Source: Candidatus Hodarchaeota archaeon
GTDB lineage: Archaea; Asgardarchaeota; Heimdallarchaeia; Hodarchaeales; Hodarchaeaceae
Length of the DNA: 35,839 nucleotides
Assembly (NCBI GenBank): GCA_016839815.1
Contig: JAEOTM010000071.1
Span: forward strand, 1 to 35,839
Direction: 5' to 3'
The position numbers and the translations under genes were made by a program. Of this stretch, positions 1 to 8,167 are shown piece after piece; positions within the stretch are counted from its first letter, which is position 1, and each line of letters opens with the position of its first letter. The notes below the pieces were generated by a model, which saw nothing but the letters and a program-made list of their open reading frames with translations, was not told the origin of the DNA and made no database searches.

Positions 1-186
1 GGTAAATCGTTTAATAATCCCTTCCTGTTCAAGACTCTTTACACGCTTTCGGACAGCCACATCGGACACTTTCAGAACTTTTGCTATATCAGTCCATTTC
101 TGACTAGAGTTCTCTAATAATAAATCTAATAGCTCTTCAATAATGATTGAATTTTTACGGTCCTTTACTTCGATACGTTGTGCCAT
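1..186 (-). CDS. Lrp/AsnC-family transcriptional regulator (5' part only; runs off window start)
   Basis: Not in ORF track. Manual translation from ATG at 186: MAQRIEVKDRKNSIIIEELLDLLLENSSQKWTDIAKVLKVSDVAVRKRVKSLEQEGIIKRFT, a classic Lrp HTH (IAxxLxVSxxxVxxRVxxLxxxGIIxxF). Divergent from ferritin. Confidence 0.9.
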   Translation of the reverse strand, partial: MAQRIEVKDRKNSIIIEELLDLLLENSSQKWTDIAKVLKVSDVAVRKRVKSLEQEGIIKRFT

Positions 187-248
187 AGCTAACTGATCCG
201 AATGTAGGTGGTTCATATTTCCCTATGTTTACTTAGGAATATGTAGTT

Positions 249-266
249 TTAGGTTCGAAATCCTAA
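249..266. promoter_or_regulatory. Inverted repeat TTAGG-N8-CCTAA upstream of ferritin; candidate DtxR/MntR-type metal box
   Basis: TTAGG (249-253) and CCTAA (262-266). The arms match the ends of the DtxR/IdeR consensus TTAGGTTAGCCTAACCTAA, with a spacer one base shorter. It sits in the lrp/ferritin divergent region. Confidence 0.4.
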
Positions 267-385
267 CCATGAACTACTTTAGTTGAAAAAAAAAAGTGCG
301 GTTAGATATCAGCTTATACAAATTTAATGTGTAAACTACCTATCAATAGTTAAAACAATAAAAATTAATTAGAGGATGTATCAAA

Positions 386-883
386 ATGGCTTTAATTAGT
401 GAAAAATTTAATGATGCGTTAAACGCTCAAATTGGTGAGGAATTAAATTCCGCATATATTTACTTGTCAATGTCCAGTTGGTTAAAGGAAAATAACTTTA
501 ATAATTTAGGTGAATGGTTCTTTTCTCAGTATAATGAAGAATTAGCTCATGCTTACAAGTTTATGGACTATGTTGTTGAAACTGGTGGAACAGTAAAATT
601 ACCAGGATTCAATGCTCCAAAGAATGATTGGCAAAATGTCGAAGAAATAGTAAAAGCGGCATATGCCCATGAGCAACATATCACAGGCAAAATCAATGAA
701 CTAGTTGTATTAGCAGAAGAATTAAAAGATTATGGTCCACGTGAATTACTAACATGGTTTGTATCAGAGCAGATCGAAGAAGAATCATCTACAAGCGAAT
801 TGGTTGATCGTCAGGCTGCATTTCGTAATGATATGCTATTCGATCATCACACCCATCGCGTTAGCGAATCATCTGAAGAATAA
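386..883 (+). CDS. ftnA: Non-heme ferritin
   Basis: 165 aa; LNxQIxxExxSAYxYLSM, EExxHA, HEQHIT and WFVxEQxEEE ferroxidase-centre motifs; SD GAGGA upstream. Confidence 0.95.
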   Translation: MALISEKFNDALNAQIGEELNSAYIYLSMSSWLKENNFNNLGEWFFSQYNEELAHAYKFMDYVVETGGTVKLPGFNAPKNDWQNVEEIVKAAYAHEQHITGKINELVVLAEELKDYGPRELLTWFVSEQIEEESSTSELVDRQAAFRNDMLFDHHTHRVSESSEE

Positions 884-943
884 AGAGACTATAACTGACT
901 TATTATTAAGTCAGTATTCCAATTTTTTTTTAAATGAAGCTGC

Positions 944-3139
944 TCATTCGTATAGAAAGAGCTTAATTTCATCCACAAGTTTATTTAATGCTCTTTTCTC
1001 ATCTCGTGGGAGTAATAGATCTTGAACATGAGGTTCTATGACATCGTCAATAGATCTAGCTTCTGCAACGTCAAATTCATATTTGAGTTCCATAGGGTCA
1101 ATAATTAATTCAAAGAACTTAGCTACTTTTCCAGGACGTGTAGCCCTCCCAACACGTTGGATTTGCTCTCTTCGATTTTTTGTACCAGAAACAATGATAA
1201 TAGTGTCAGCCGGAGCATCGAATCCTTCATTCAACATTTTTACTAAAATGAGTGTATTTATTTCCCTCTGCCGAAACTTATCAAGGAGAATATTGAACTC
1301 TTTATCATTAAGAACAGTTTCTCCTGTTAATAAAGTGGTAGTGATTTTTCTTTCTTTTAAAAATTTGTGAAGGATTTTAGCATGATTAATACGACTAGTA
1401 AAAATCAGTGTTTGAGAGGTTAAGGGGGATTCCAACAATTTTTGGACTGCAAACATCTTATACCTTGATTCTCGCGAGACTTTCCCATAGGAAGACTTGC
1501 CTTTTTGGTTAATGATAGTTTTTTCTTCAGAAGTCAAAGGAATATGAATTCGCTCTGAGTAAATTGGTGCAATAAATCCCTCTCGAGCGAGTAAACCATA
1601 ATTTATTTTGTGAATAATGGGGCCCATGCAGCTCACAACTAGACTTGAGTGTAAGGTTTTTTCGATGGTTGCACTCAACGCCATCCGTCGTGGGATCTCT
1701 AAATCCACTGCAATATGACGAAATGTCTCGGCCTGAATATGATGTGATTCATCTGCGATTAGTAATCCAAATTTATCTGTAAAGAAACCTATCGTATCTT
1801 TTACCAGAATTTTATCTCTAGAAACTTTATCCATTTCTTTTTTCTCTAGCGCGTGGAAATCCTGTAAGTATTGAGCTAATAATTGAAATGTAGAAATGAC
1901 AATTTGATATTGCCGAAAGGCTTTCTTCTGTCCAGTAAATATCCCAATTTCAGCAGATTGAACTCCAATAAACTTTCCAATTTGATCTATCCATTGATCA
2001 ACCAATGCAAGATTTGGAACTAATATTAATGTTCGTTGTTTAATTTGTCGAATTGCATCAATACCGATAATAGTTTTACCTGCTCCAGTAGGTAATTGGA
2101 TTGTCCCAAATTCCTGATTTTCAAACCATTTATCAATGCCGGCCTGTTGGTAAGAACGAAGTTCATAATCGTGCTTCATCTCTGTTTTCCATACTTTCTT
2201 ACTTCGTGCTGGAGTAAATGGTGTATAATTCAAGTCGAAAATGGATCGTGCTTTAGACTCCTTGATACTATGCTCCACCATTCGCCAAAAATGATTCGCT
2301 CGAAAAGCTGCCCAATAAGCGACCTCAATCTCCCGTTCCTCAATTTGAGTGATACAAGGTAGATAGTCTGAATTAGGATCATCTTCGGATCGGATTGCCA
2401 TATACCTGGCAAAAATATCAAACAAAGTATGAAACCATGTGTTAAATGCTTTATTCCATTTAATTCTTAGTTTTTCATCTATCGATTCTACCGTGATTGA
2501 GTATTTTTTATGGCCTGTTTCTGCAAGTTCGTCTAGTTTTTCTTTTGTCTCTGGGCTGTATTTGATTGTCACACCAGTTCTTTGTAAGAGGTCAAGATCT
2601 TCCTGAATAAGATGAGGAAATTGGAGAATAAATTTTGTAGGACGATGGGTTCGTTTATGTTCCCAGTACCCATTGTGCTTTCGCCAATTACGTTCCCAAA
2701 TTCGAAATTGCTCCCCTACCCAGGGAGTATAAAAAAATTTCCTATCATATTCCTCTGAATCTTCTTCCTTCTTGAGATATTCGAAATAATCCTCTACGTT
2801 TAAACTACGTGACCGTTCTTTCTTATAATGGGAACGTCGAATAGGGATCCATGCATTAATTTGTGTAAAGGGATACCAGGGGAAATCAACCATGAAACTA
2901 AAGTCATCTTGAATTTTTATCTGGAACTCATTCTTTTGTGAAGTAATGAAGTTTATCCAAGCTTCTTCTGTGACTGATGCACCTTCCATTCTTGGACTTT
3001 GTTTTCCACGTAATCCTAAGTTTGGGGATGAACATACATGTGTTCTAATTTTATGCCGACACAGGGGAGCAGAACATTTACTACAACGGTAAATCTTTGC
3101 ACCTGCTTCTGCGCATTCATTACAAATTTCTAAGCTAAT
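944..3139 (-). CDS. XPB/Rad25-like superfamily 2 (DExH) helicase with N-terminal Cys/His zinc finger; probable ATT start
   Basis: LRSYQQ Q-motif, LPTGAGKT (I), DESHH (II), SAT (III), QRVGRATR (VI). The frame is open for 50 further codons upstream of ATG 2989, encoding SLEICNECAEAGAKIYRCSKCSAPLCRHKIRTHVC. The in-frame upstream stop is reached with no ATG/GTG/TTG; ATT at 3139 lies 6 nt after GAGGG. Confidence 0.85.
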   Translation of the reverse strand: MSLEICNECAEAGAKIYRCSKCSAPLCRHKIRTHVCSSPNLGLRGKQSPRMEGASVTEEAWINFITSQKNEFQIKIQDDFSFMVDFPWYPFTQINAWIPIRRSHYKKERSRSLNVEDYFEYLKKEEDSEEYDRKFFYTPWVGEQFRIWERNWRKHNGYWEHKRTHRPTKFILQFPHLIQEDLDLLQRTGVTIKYSPETKEKLDELAETGHKKYSITVESIDEKLRIKWNKAFNTWFHTLFDIFARYMAIRSEDDPNSDYLPCITQIEEREIEVAYWAAFRANHFWRMVEHSIKESKARSIFDLNYTPFTPARSKKVWKTEMKHDYELRSYQQAGIDKWFENQEFGTIQLPTGAGKTIIGIDAIRQIKQRTLILVPNLALVDQWIDQIGKFIGVQSAEIGIFTGQKKAFRQYQIVISTFQLLAQYLQDFHALEKKEMDKVSRDKILVKDTIGFFTDKFGLLIADESHHIQAETFRHIAVDLEIPRRMALSATIEKTLHSSLVVSCMGPIIHKINYGLLAREGFIAPIYSERIHIPLTSEEKTIINQKGKSSYGKVSRESRYKMFAVQKLLESPLTSQTLIFTSRINHAKILHKFLKERKITTTLLTGETVLNDKEFNILLDKFRQREINTLILVKMLNEGFDAPADTIIIVSGTKNRREQIQRVGRATRPGKVAKFFELIIDPMELKYEFDVAEARSIDDVIEPHVQDLLLPRDEKRALNKLVDEIKLFLYE

Positions 3140-3373
3140 AATAAGCCCTCGTATGGCTGGTTAAGAGATTTTAAGTTGTTTTTTATGTGAATTAAGTATT
3201 GTCTGTTCCAGATTATTAGAGATATACTCTTATTTAGTAAAAAATGGTAAGTAACGACACATCTTATAATTTCTGAAAAAATCCCTCTGTTTTCTCTCTC
3301 CTTATGGGAAAATTAAATATTTTTCGTTATTGTACTCCCTTCTGAAGAATGTCATAAGAAATATTTTAGGATA

Positions 3374-5590
3374 TTAATTTTTGGGAAATGTAAGGAGAAT
3401 TTCTGTTCCCAATCCCTTTCCTTTACTATAAGCGATTATTGATCCTCCATGAGAGTTCATGATTTCTCTAGAAAGGTACAGGCCGATTCCTGTCCCTTGT
3501 GTAGAGTATTCTGTTTCAATAGTAACGAATTGCTCAAAAATTTTTTCTAAATCCTTGGAATCGATACCTGCCCCGTTATCAGTTATATTGACCTCAATAC
3601 TCTTTTTTAAATTTTTAATTTGCACTTTTATTATCCTACCGTCCTTTGAACTATTTTTTATAGCATTATCAATGACATTGTCAAAAACCTGTTGAATTCT
3701 GTCACTATCAAGCTCATAGAGCTCGGGAGTACCTTCAATAAAGTTTTCAAAAGTAAAATCGAATTGATCACCAATTAAATTCTGATAAGGAGTAAGTATT
3801 TTTGTGATAAACTCTCTAAAATCTGTGGGTTCAAGATTGATCTGAAATAACCCTCGTTCTAATTGAGTAATTGCCTGACTATCAGAGATTAATCGTTCTA
3901 AACGGTAAAGGTTTTTTGTGACGATTGAGAATACATCATCTATTTGCTTGGCACTCATAGAATCGATTTTTTTCTGTAAAAATTCATTATACCCAAATAA
4001 CACGGTTAAGGGTGTTCTTAATTCATGATTAACCATTCTAATGAAATTATCACGCCTTTTCTGTAACTCAATTCTGATTTCTTCAGCCTGTTTTCTTTCT
4101 TCAACGTTTCTAAATATACCGATGTGAAATTTTTTGTCTTCAAGAGTTACTGGAGAGACATTGATATCAGCGTGAAAAAGGGTTCCATCTTTCTTTCGTA
4201 AGGGGATTTCTGTTGCAGATGTCAAGTTTTGTTGGTTGATCTCTATCATATCTTCTTCATAATTTTTATAAATTTGATCCTGACGTAGATCTGCTAAAAC
4301 TAAGGCATTTACTTCCTCCTGAGAGTATCCAAACATGTTACAAAAGGATTGATTAGCAAGGAATATTTCTCCGTCTTCAGGATTAACAAGTATTATTCCA
4401 TCAGTAACGTTATCAAAGATGGTTTTAAACCGTTTTTCTGACTCTCTTAGCTCTTTTTCGGTCATTTTGAGGTCAGTGATATCTAGAACAGATGCCGTTG
4501 ATTTAGCAGAAACTCCTTCCTCAATATTCCAATTCGCTCTTAATAATACCCATAGTTTTCTTCCAGATTTCGTCACAACTTGGTATTCTACCGTTTCGTC
4601 TATTTCCTCATTCGTAAGAAGCTTAGCTGATCTTTTCAACCAGATTTCCTTACTTTCCTCCGTCAACAATTCATAAAGGTTTAGAGAAGAAACCTCTTCT
4701 GCAGTAAATTCGAAAAGGTCTAGGAGAAGATCATTTGCAAATACAATCTGCGTTTTACCACTCGTGAAATCAAATTCAATTTCATAAATTCCTGTTGGTG
4801 CCTTTTTAACAAGCTGACGATAGCGCTGTTCACTTTCTTGGAGAGCTGTCTGAATTTTTTTCATATGAGAAATATCAAGAATTACTCCCCTCAAACCTAC
4901 AGGCTTTCCTTCTCTGAATATCGGACTAGAATAAATCAGTACAGGGAACTTTTTTCCATTTTTGTGGACAGCTGTGAATTCATGGTCATCGAATACCTCT
5001 CCTTTCATTATTCTGTCAATATTTGACCGAATTCGTGCCATATCTTCTGGTACAAACAGATGTGAAACATTGATCCCCAGCTTTAGTTCTTCTAGAATAT
5101 ACCCAAAAGTATCTAGACCTTTTTGATTAGCATAAGTTATCCTGCCAGCTGTATCGAGTTCAAAAACCGTTTGCGGTAATAATTCTGCTAATTCTTTTTT
5201 ACTTTGCTCACTATACTTTAATTGAATATCAAGAGCTTCTGCATGTAGGTACTGCCGGTAAAAACCGTAAATACCTAATAACGTACCAGTAAAAAAGAAA
5301 ATCATGTCAATATCATCAATGAAGTCAAGAGAAATCCATGTAACCGAATCAGGTGCGAATAATTCTTGAAAATCTTGCATTATATCAAAAAATACTGGTA
5401 TTAGGAGTAGACACAATCCAACAAGTGCCCAAGGTCCAGCACCGTGTCTAAAGGCGACATTTCTTTTCATACTATAATAAATGACAATTACAAGAGTGAA
5501 GATTAGGATAAAAGTGGCAATTTCTAAAATAAAATCAAAAAATTGAACGGGAGAAAGGCCTACTACTGTTAAGAATGAGTTTTGGGTCAT
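3374..5590 (-). CDS. Membrane-anchored multi-PAS sensor histidine kinase
   Basis: About 3 N-terminal TM segments and three PAS/PAC repeats (ending LDIS, LDIT, RNVE). H-box NHELRTPL, N-box NVIDNAIK, G1 DNGAGI, G2 GTGIGL. Confidence 0.95.
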   Translation of the reverse strand: MTQNSFLTVVGLSPVQFFDFILEIATFILIFTLVIVIYYSMKRNVAFRHGAGPWALVGLCLLLIPVFFDIMQDFQELFAPDSVTWISLDFIDDIDMIFFFTGTLLGIYGFYRQYLHAEALDIQLKYSEQSKKELAELLPQTVFELDTAGRITYANQKGLDTFGYILEELKLGINVSHLFVPEDMARIRSNIDRIMKGEVFDDHEFTAVHKNGKKFPVLIYSSPIFREGKPVGLRGVILDISHMKKIQTALQESEQRYRQLVKKAPTGIYEIEFDFTSGKTQIVFANDLLLDLFEFTAEEVSSLNLYELLTEESKEIWLKRSAKLLTNEEIDETVEYQVVTKSGRKLWVLLRANWNIEEGVSAKSTASVLDITDLKMTEKELRESEKRFKTIFDNVTDGIILVNPEDGEIFLANQSFCNMFGYSQEEVNALVLADLRQDQIYKNYEEDMIEINQQNLTSATEIPLRKKDGTLFHADINVSPVTLEDKKFHIGIFRNVEERKQAEEIRIELQKRRDNFIRMVNHELRTPLTVLFGYNEFLQKKIDSMSAKQIDDVFSIVTKNLYRLERLISDSQAITQLERGLFQINLEPTDFREFITKILTPYQNLIGDQFDFTFENFIEGTPELYELDSDRIQQVFDNVIDNAIKNSSKDGRIIKVQIKNLKKSIEVNITDNGAGIDSKDLEKIFEQFVTIETEYSTQGTGIGLYLSREIMNSHGGSIIAYSKGKGLGTEILLTFPKN

Positions 5591-5728
5591 TTTTAGAGCT
5601 GCACCCTTTAGATATATCAGGAATCTATTTCATCTCAGTTAATGTATGATTTTCGATTCCATGATTGAGTACTGATACCTAATCGAACCGCTCTTACTAT
5701 TTATTCACTTCGAAATAAAGGGAATATT

Positions 5729-6706
5729 TCACTCGTTTTCTAGAGCAGAGCCACATGTTTCACAAAACCGGTCTTCTTTAAGAACCATTTCACCACATTG
5801 TGAACAGTAGCGAAGAAAATCGTTAATTTGAACATCTGGAACGGTCATAAATTGTTCTAACGAAGCTTGAGCTCGTTCACCTGCTCTTCTTCTAACAGTG
5901 GCCATGTTGATAGTTTCTAGCTTCTTGAGGGGTTGCTTCAATAAGATAGCTAATTGGCGGGCATTAGCTGGTGCAGATCCCGCAGGATGATTATTAAAAT
6001 AAGTAAATATTTCTTTAGTAGCCTGGTCTTTGAGAGCTTCTATCTTCTCTTTCCAGACCAGTAATTCTTTCCGAGAATATAGGTAACGATACCATAATTT
6101 CAATCCATGACCATGGAGACGAATATATGAGAAATCAGCTGTAACAGGAGTAATAGGTGGTAAAAGAGGTTCATCCACAATGCAATAGGCAGCATTAAAT
6201 TTTGCTAGTAAGCTGATGGTTCGATTTACATGGGTTTTTCGAACCCAAGTTTTCTCTCGAAATTCTACAGCCAATTTTAATTCTGAAGGCCAATGTCTAA
6301 GGAATACAGCGAGTGCCTGTCGATTTTCATCTGAGAACTTAGGAGGAAGCTGAAGCAAGGCTGGACCCATTTTTTCTCGTAATCCAGTGGACATCGTATC
6401 TAGGAACCGTTCGAGATCTGAGTGAAAATCAATAAGGCGTTTTTCGTGGGTGATAAGTTTGGGAATTTTGAATGCAAATAAAAAATTGTCTGGAACCTGT
6501 TTTTCCCATCTTCGTACTACATTTAAGCGGGGAAAATGATAGAAACTTGTATTAATCTCTACAGTAGAGAAAACTTCCGAATACCAGGCAAGGCGCTGTT
6601 GTTCAGTGAGGATGGAGGGATAGAAAGCGATTTGGGTTTTTTCATTACGGGCATGCCAATCAGAATATCCAAAACCTGAGGTTCCAATTAATACTTTCGC
6701 AGTCAC
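5729..6706 (-). CDS. DUF72 (YecE-like TIM-barrel, putative nuclease) with C-terminal PIP box and zinc ribbon
   Basis: IGTSGF.Y.DW, VEINTSFY, FKIPKLITH, LLQLPP, AVEFR, YIRLHG and YFNN are DUF72 signatures. The tail has QASLEQFM followed by CSQC-x10-CETC. Confidence 0.9.
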   Translation of the reverse strand: MTAKVLIGTSGFGYSDWHARNEKTQIAFYPSILTEQQRLAWYSEVFSTVEINTSFYHFPRLNVVRRWEKQVPDNFLFAFKIPKLITHEKRLIDFHSDLERFLDTMSTGLREKMGPALLQLPPKFSDENRQALAVFLRHWPSELKLAVEFREKTWVRKTHVNRTISLLAKFNAAYCIVDEPLLPPITPVTADFSYIRLHGHGLKLWYRYLYSRKELLVWKEKIEALKDQATKEIFTYFNNHPAGSAPANARQLAILLKQPLKKLETINMATVRRRAGERAQASLEQFMTVPDVQINDFLRYCSQCGEMVLKEDRFCETCGSALENE

Positions 6707-6724
6707 TAGATCAGCCCAAATAGG

Positions 6725-6922
6725 TTATTTTGTTTCACTTTCTTGTTGGAGATGAAAAATTGAGCCAGAAATCGTAAAGGCCATACCAATCATTCCATAA
6801 ACAATAATTCTTGTTGACTCTAACACTGTAAGATCATATCCACCTGCTGTAATATCACTGAGTGCAAGGATAAAGAACAGGACTCCAATCGCCCAACAAA
6901 TGACATCTTGTCCATTAACCAT
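6725..6922 (-). CDS. Small two-TM membrane protein (65 aa), paralog of 7824-8039
   Basis: ATG at 6922 after SD GAGGAG; two hydrophobic helices; shares CWxxGxxFF and IVYGxxGxAxTISGSIFH with the 7824-8039 product. Confidence 0.75.
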   Translation of the reverse strand: MVNGQDVICWAIGVLFFILALSDITAGGYDLTVLESTRIIVYGMIGMAFTISGSIFHLQQESETK

Positions 6923-6933
6923 TTTTGCTCCTC

Positions 6934-7734
6934 TCAAATCCTACTTCTTCGTCTCCTATAAAAGAGAAATACTGCACCTATAGCTAGTACAACTCCAACG
7001 GTATCAATGGAAGTTATATCAGGACTTGTAGTCGGAGAAGTTGAATCTCCTTCGGTTGGGTTTAGAGTCTCCGTCGTCGTTAACGTTGTGGAACTTTGGG
7101 GAATATCAGTCTCAACTGTTGGATTCAGGGAAACCTGATAAGCTATACCTGCGAAACGGTGAAGTAAAATTGAGTATTGACCAGCAGACTCATTTTCATA
7201 ATGCCAGAATGCAATATCAATGGAATCCGTCAATTGCAGACCTAAATCAGCTAGTAAAAAGTAATATTCCACCGTCCGATTGGTGCTAATGTCAATTGCT
7301 ACAGAGTTCTGATAGTCTACATATTCGGGATTTGTTTTATTATTCAAGAAACTAGTTAAATTCCTTCCAGGAAAGATAGCTGAAAATGACCAGAATGGAT
7401 ATGTCTCGTACACGATCTGATACATAAGTATGTAAATCTCATTACTCGGTGTACGTATGGTAATATTGCCCATCAGAGATTTCCAGTAATCAAGTGGAGC
7501 AGCATAGTCCAAACGAATAAATAAGGTCGTATCATTTGCCGCTACAAATCCTTTTTGGATATCAATCCAGTATTCTGGATGAATATCTTCCTCTTCGAAG
7601 ATTGGTGTAATCCCATTCCAATCTGAGAAATCACCATCAATATTAATAGTTATTCCACTTCCCATACTTGGGGATACCAAGCTACTAATGATTAGAAGTA
7701 GCAATCCAAGATGTAAACTTGTTTTCTTCTTCAT
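6934..7734 (-). CDS. Secreted, C-terminally anchored surface protein with DOMON/CBM9-like N-terminal motif
   Basis: ATG 7734 after GGAGGAG; signal peptide MKKKTSLHLGLLLLIISSLV; IDGDFSDW motif; Thr-rich linker; ITS + TM helix + RRRR tail; several N-x-S/T sequons. Confidence 0.75.
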   Translation of the reverse strand: MKKKTSLHLGLLLLIISSLVSPSMGSGITINIDGDFSDWNGITPIFEEEDIHPEYWIDIQKGFVAANDTTLFIRLDYAAPLDYWKSLMGNITIRTPSNEIYILMYQIVYETYPFWSFSAIFPGRNLTSFLNNKTNPEYVDYQNSVAIDISTNRTVEYYFLLADLGLQLTDSIDIAFWHYENESAGQYSILLHRFAGIAYQVSLNPTVETDIPQSSTTLTTTETLNPTEGDSTSPTTSPDITSIDTVGVVLAIGAVFLFYRRRRSRI

Positions 7735-7823
7735 TATTTCTCCTCCTGTATTTGTCAAAACTTCCAGTTAAAAATATTCAGATGACAGACTGAGTTCAAA
7801 TGATCTCAATGCAGTTCACAATC

Positions 7824-8039
7824 TCACTCTGGGTTATGAGTATGGAATATTGACCCTGAAATTGTTAATGCAAGACCAACGAGTCCATATACAATGACAG
7901 TCGCTAGCTCACGAACTTCAATTGGATCCAATTGTGTGGAGTCTGCACCAATTCTATTTGCCGTAAAAAGAGCAAAGAGAAAGAATATTCCTCCAAGAAT
8001 CCAGCAGAATGTTTCTTTTATCATCCATTCACTCACCAA
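7824..8039 (-). CDS. Small two-TM membrane protein (about 70 aa), paralog of 6725-6922
   Basis: Strong SD AAGGAGG upstream; two hydrophobic helices; conserved IVYGLVGLALTISGSIFH. Confidence 0.75.
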   Translation of the reverse strand: MVSEWMIKETFCWILGGIFFLFALFTANRIGADSTQLDPIEVRELATVIVYGLVGLALTISGSIFHTHNPE

Positions 8040-8138
8040 GTGTTGTTACGCCTCCTTCGGTCTCCTGATTTATTAAGCTTAATCTATCGGAATGTCAGAT
8101 TTTGTCACAATCCCCATTTTCGTCATTTTCATTGATGT

Positions 8139-8155
8139 CTCTGACTGTATCAGAG
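8139..8155. promoter_or_regulatory. Palindrome CTCTGA-N5-TCAGAG just upstream of the PolB2 cassette; candidate operator
   Basis: Perfect 6-bp arms ending 12 nt before ATG 8168, inside the 128-nt divergent intergenic region. Confidence 0.35.
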
Positions 8156-8167
8156 TAATTAGCTCAG

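Noticed and set aside
251-264. AGGTTCGAAATCCT resembles a tRNA T-arm
   Set aside because: No 7-bp acceptor stem directly abutting it, no D-arm or anticodon arm geometry, and too AT-rich. Not a tRNA gene; kept only as part of a structured-element finding.
334-351. Hairpin AACTA-N8-TAGTT before ferritin as a possible iron-responsive element (IRE)
   Set aside because: Lacks the CAGUGN loop and bulged C; the stem is weak.
759-5026. Short track ORFs overlapping ferritin, helicase and kinase genes (759-1025, 1038-1370, 2096-2362, 2230-2421, 3459-3695, 4419-4676, 4838-5026)
   Set aside because: Antisense or off-frame shadows of well-supported genes, with no motifs or SD.
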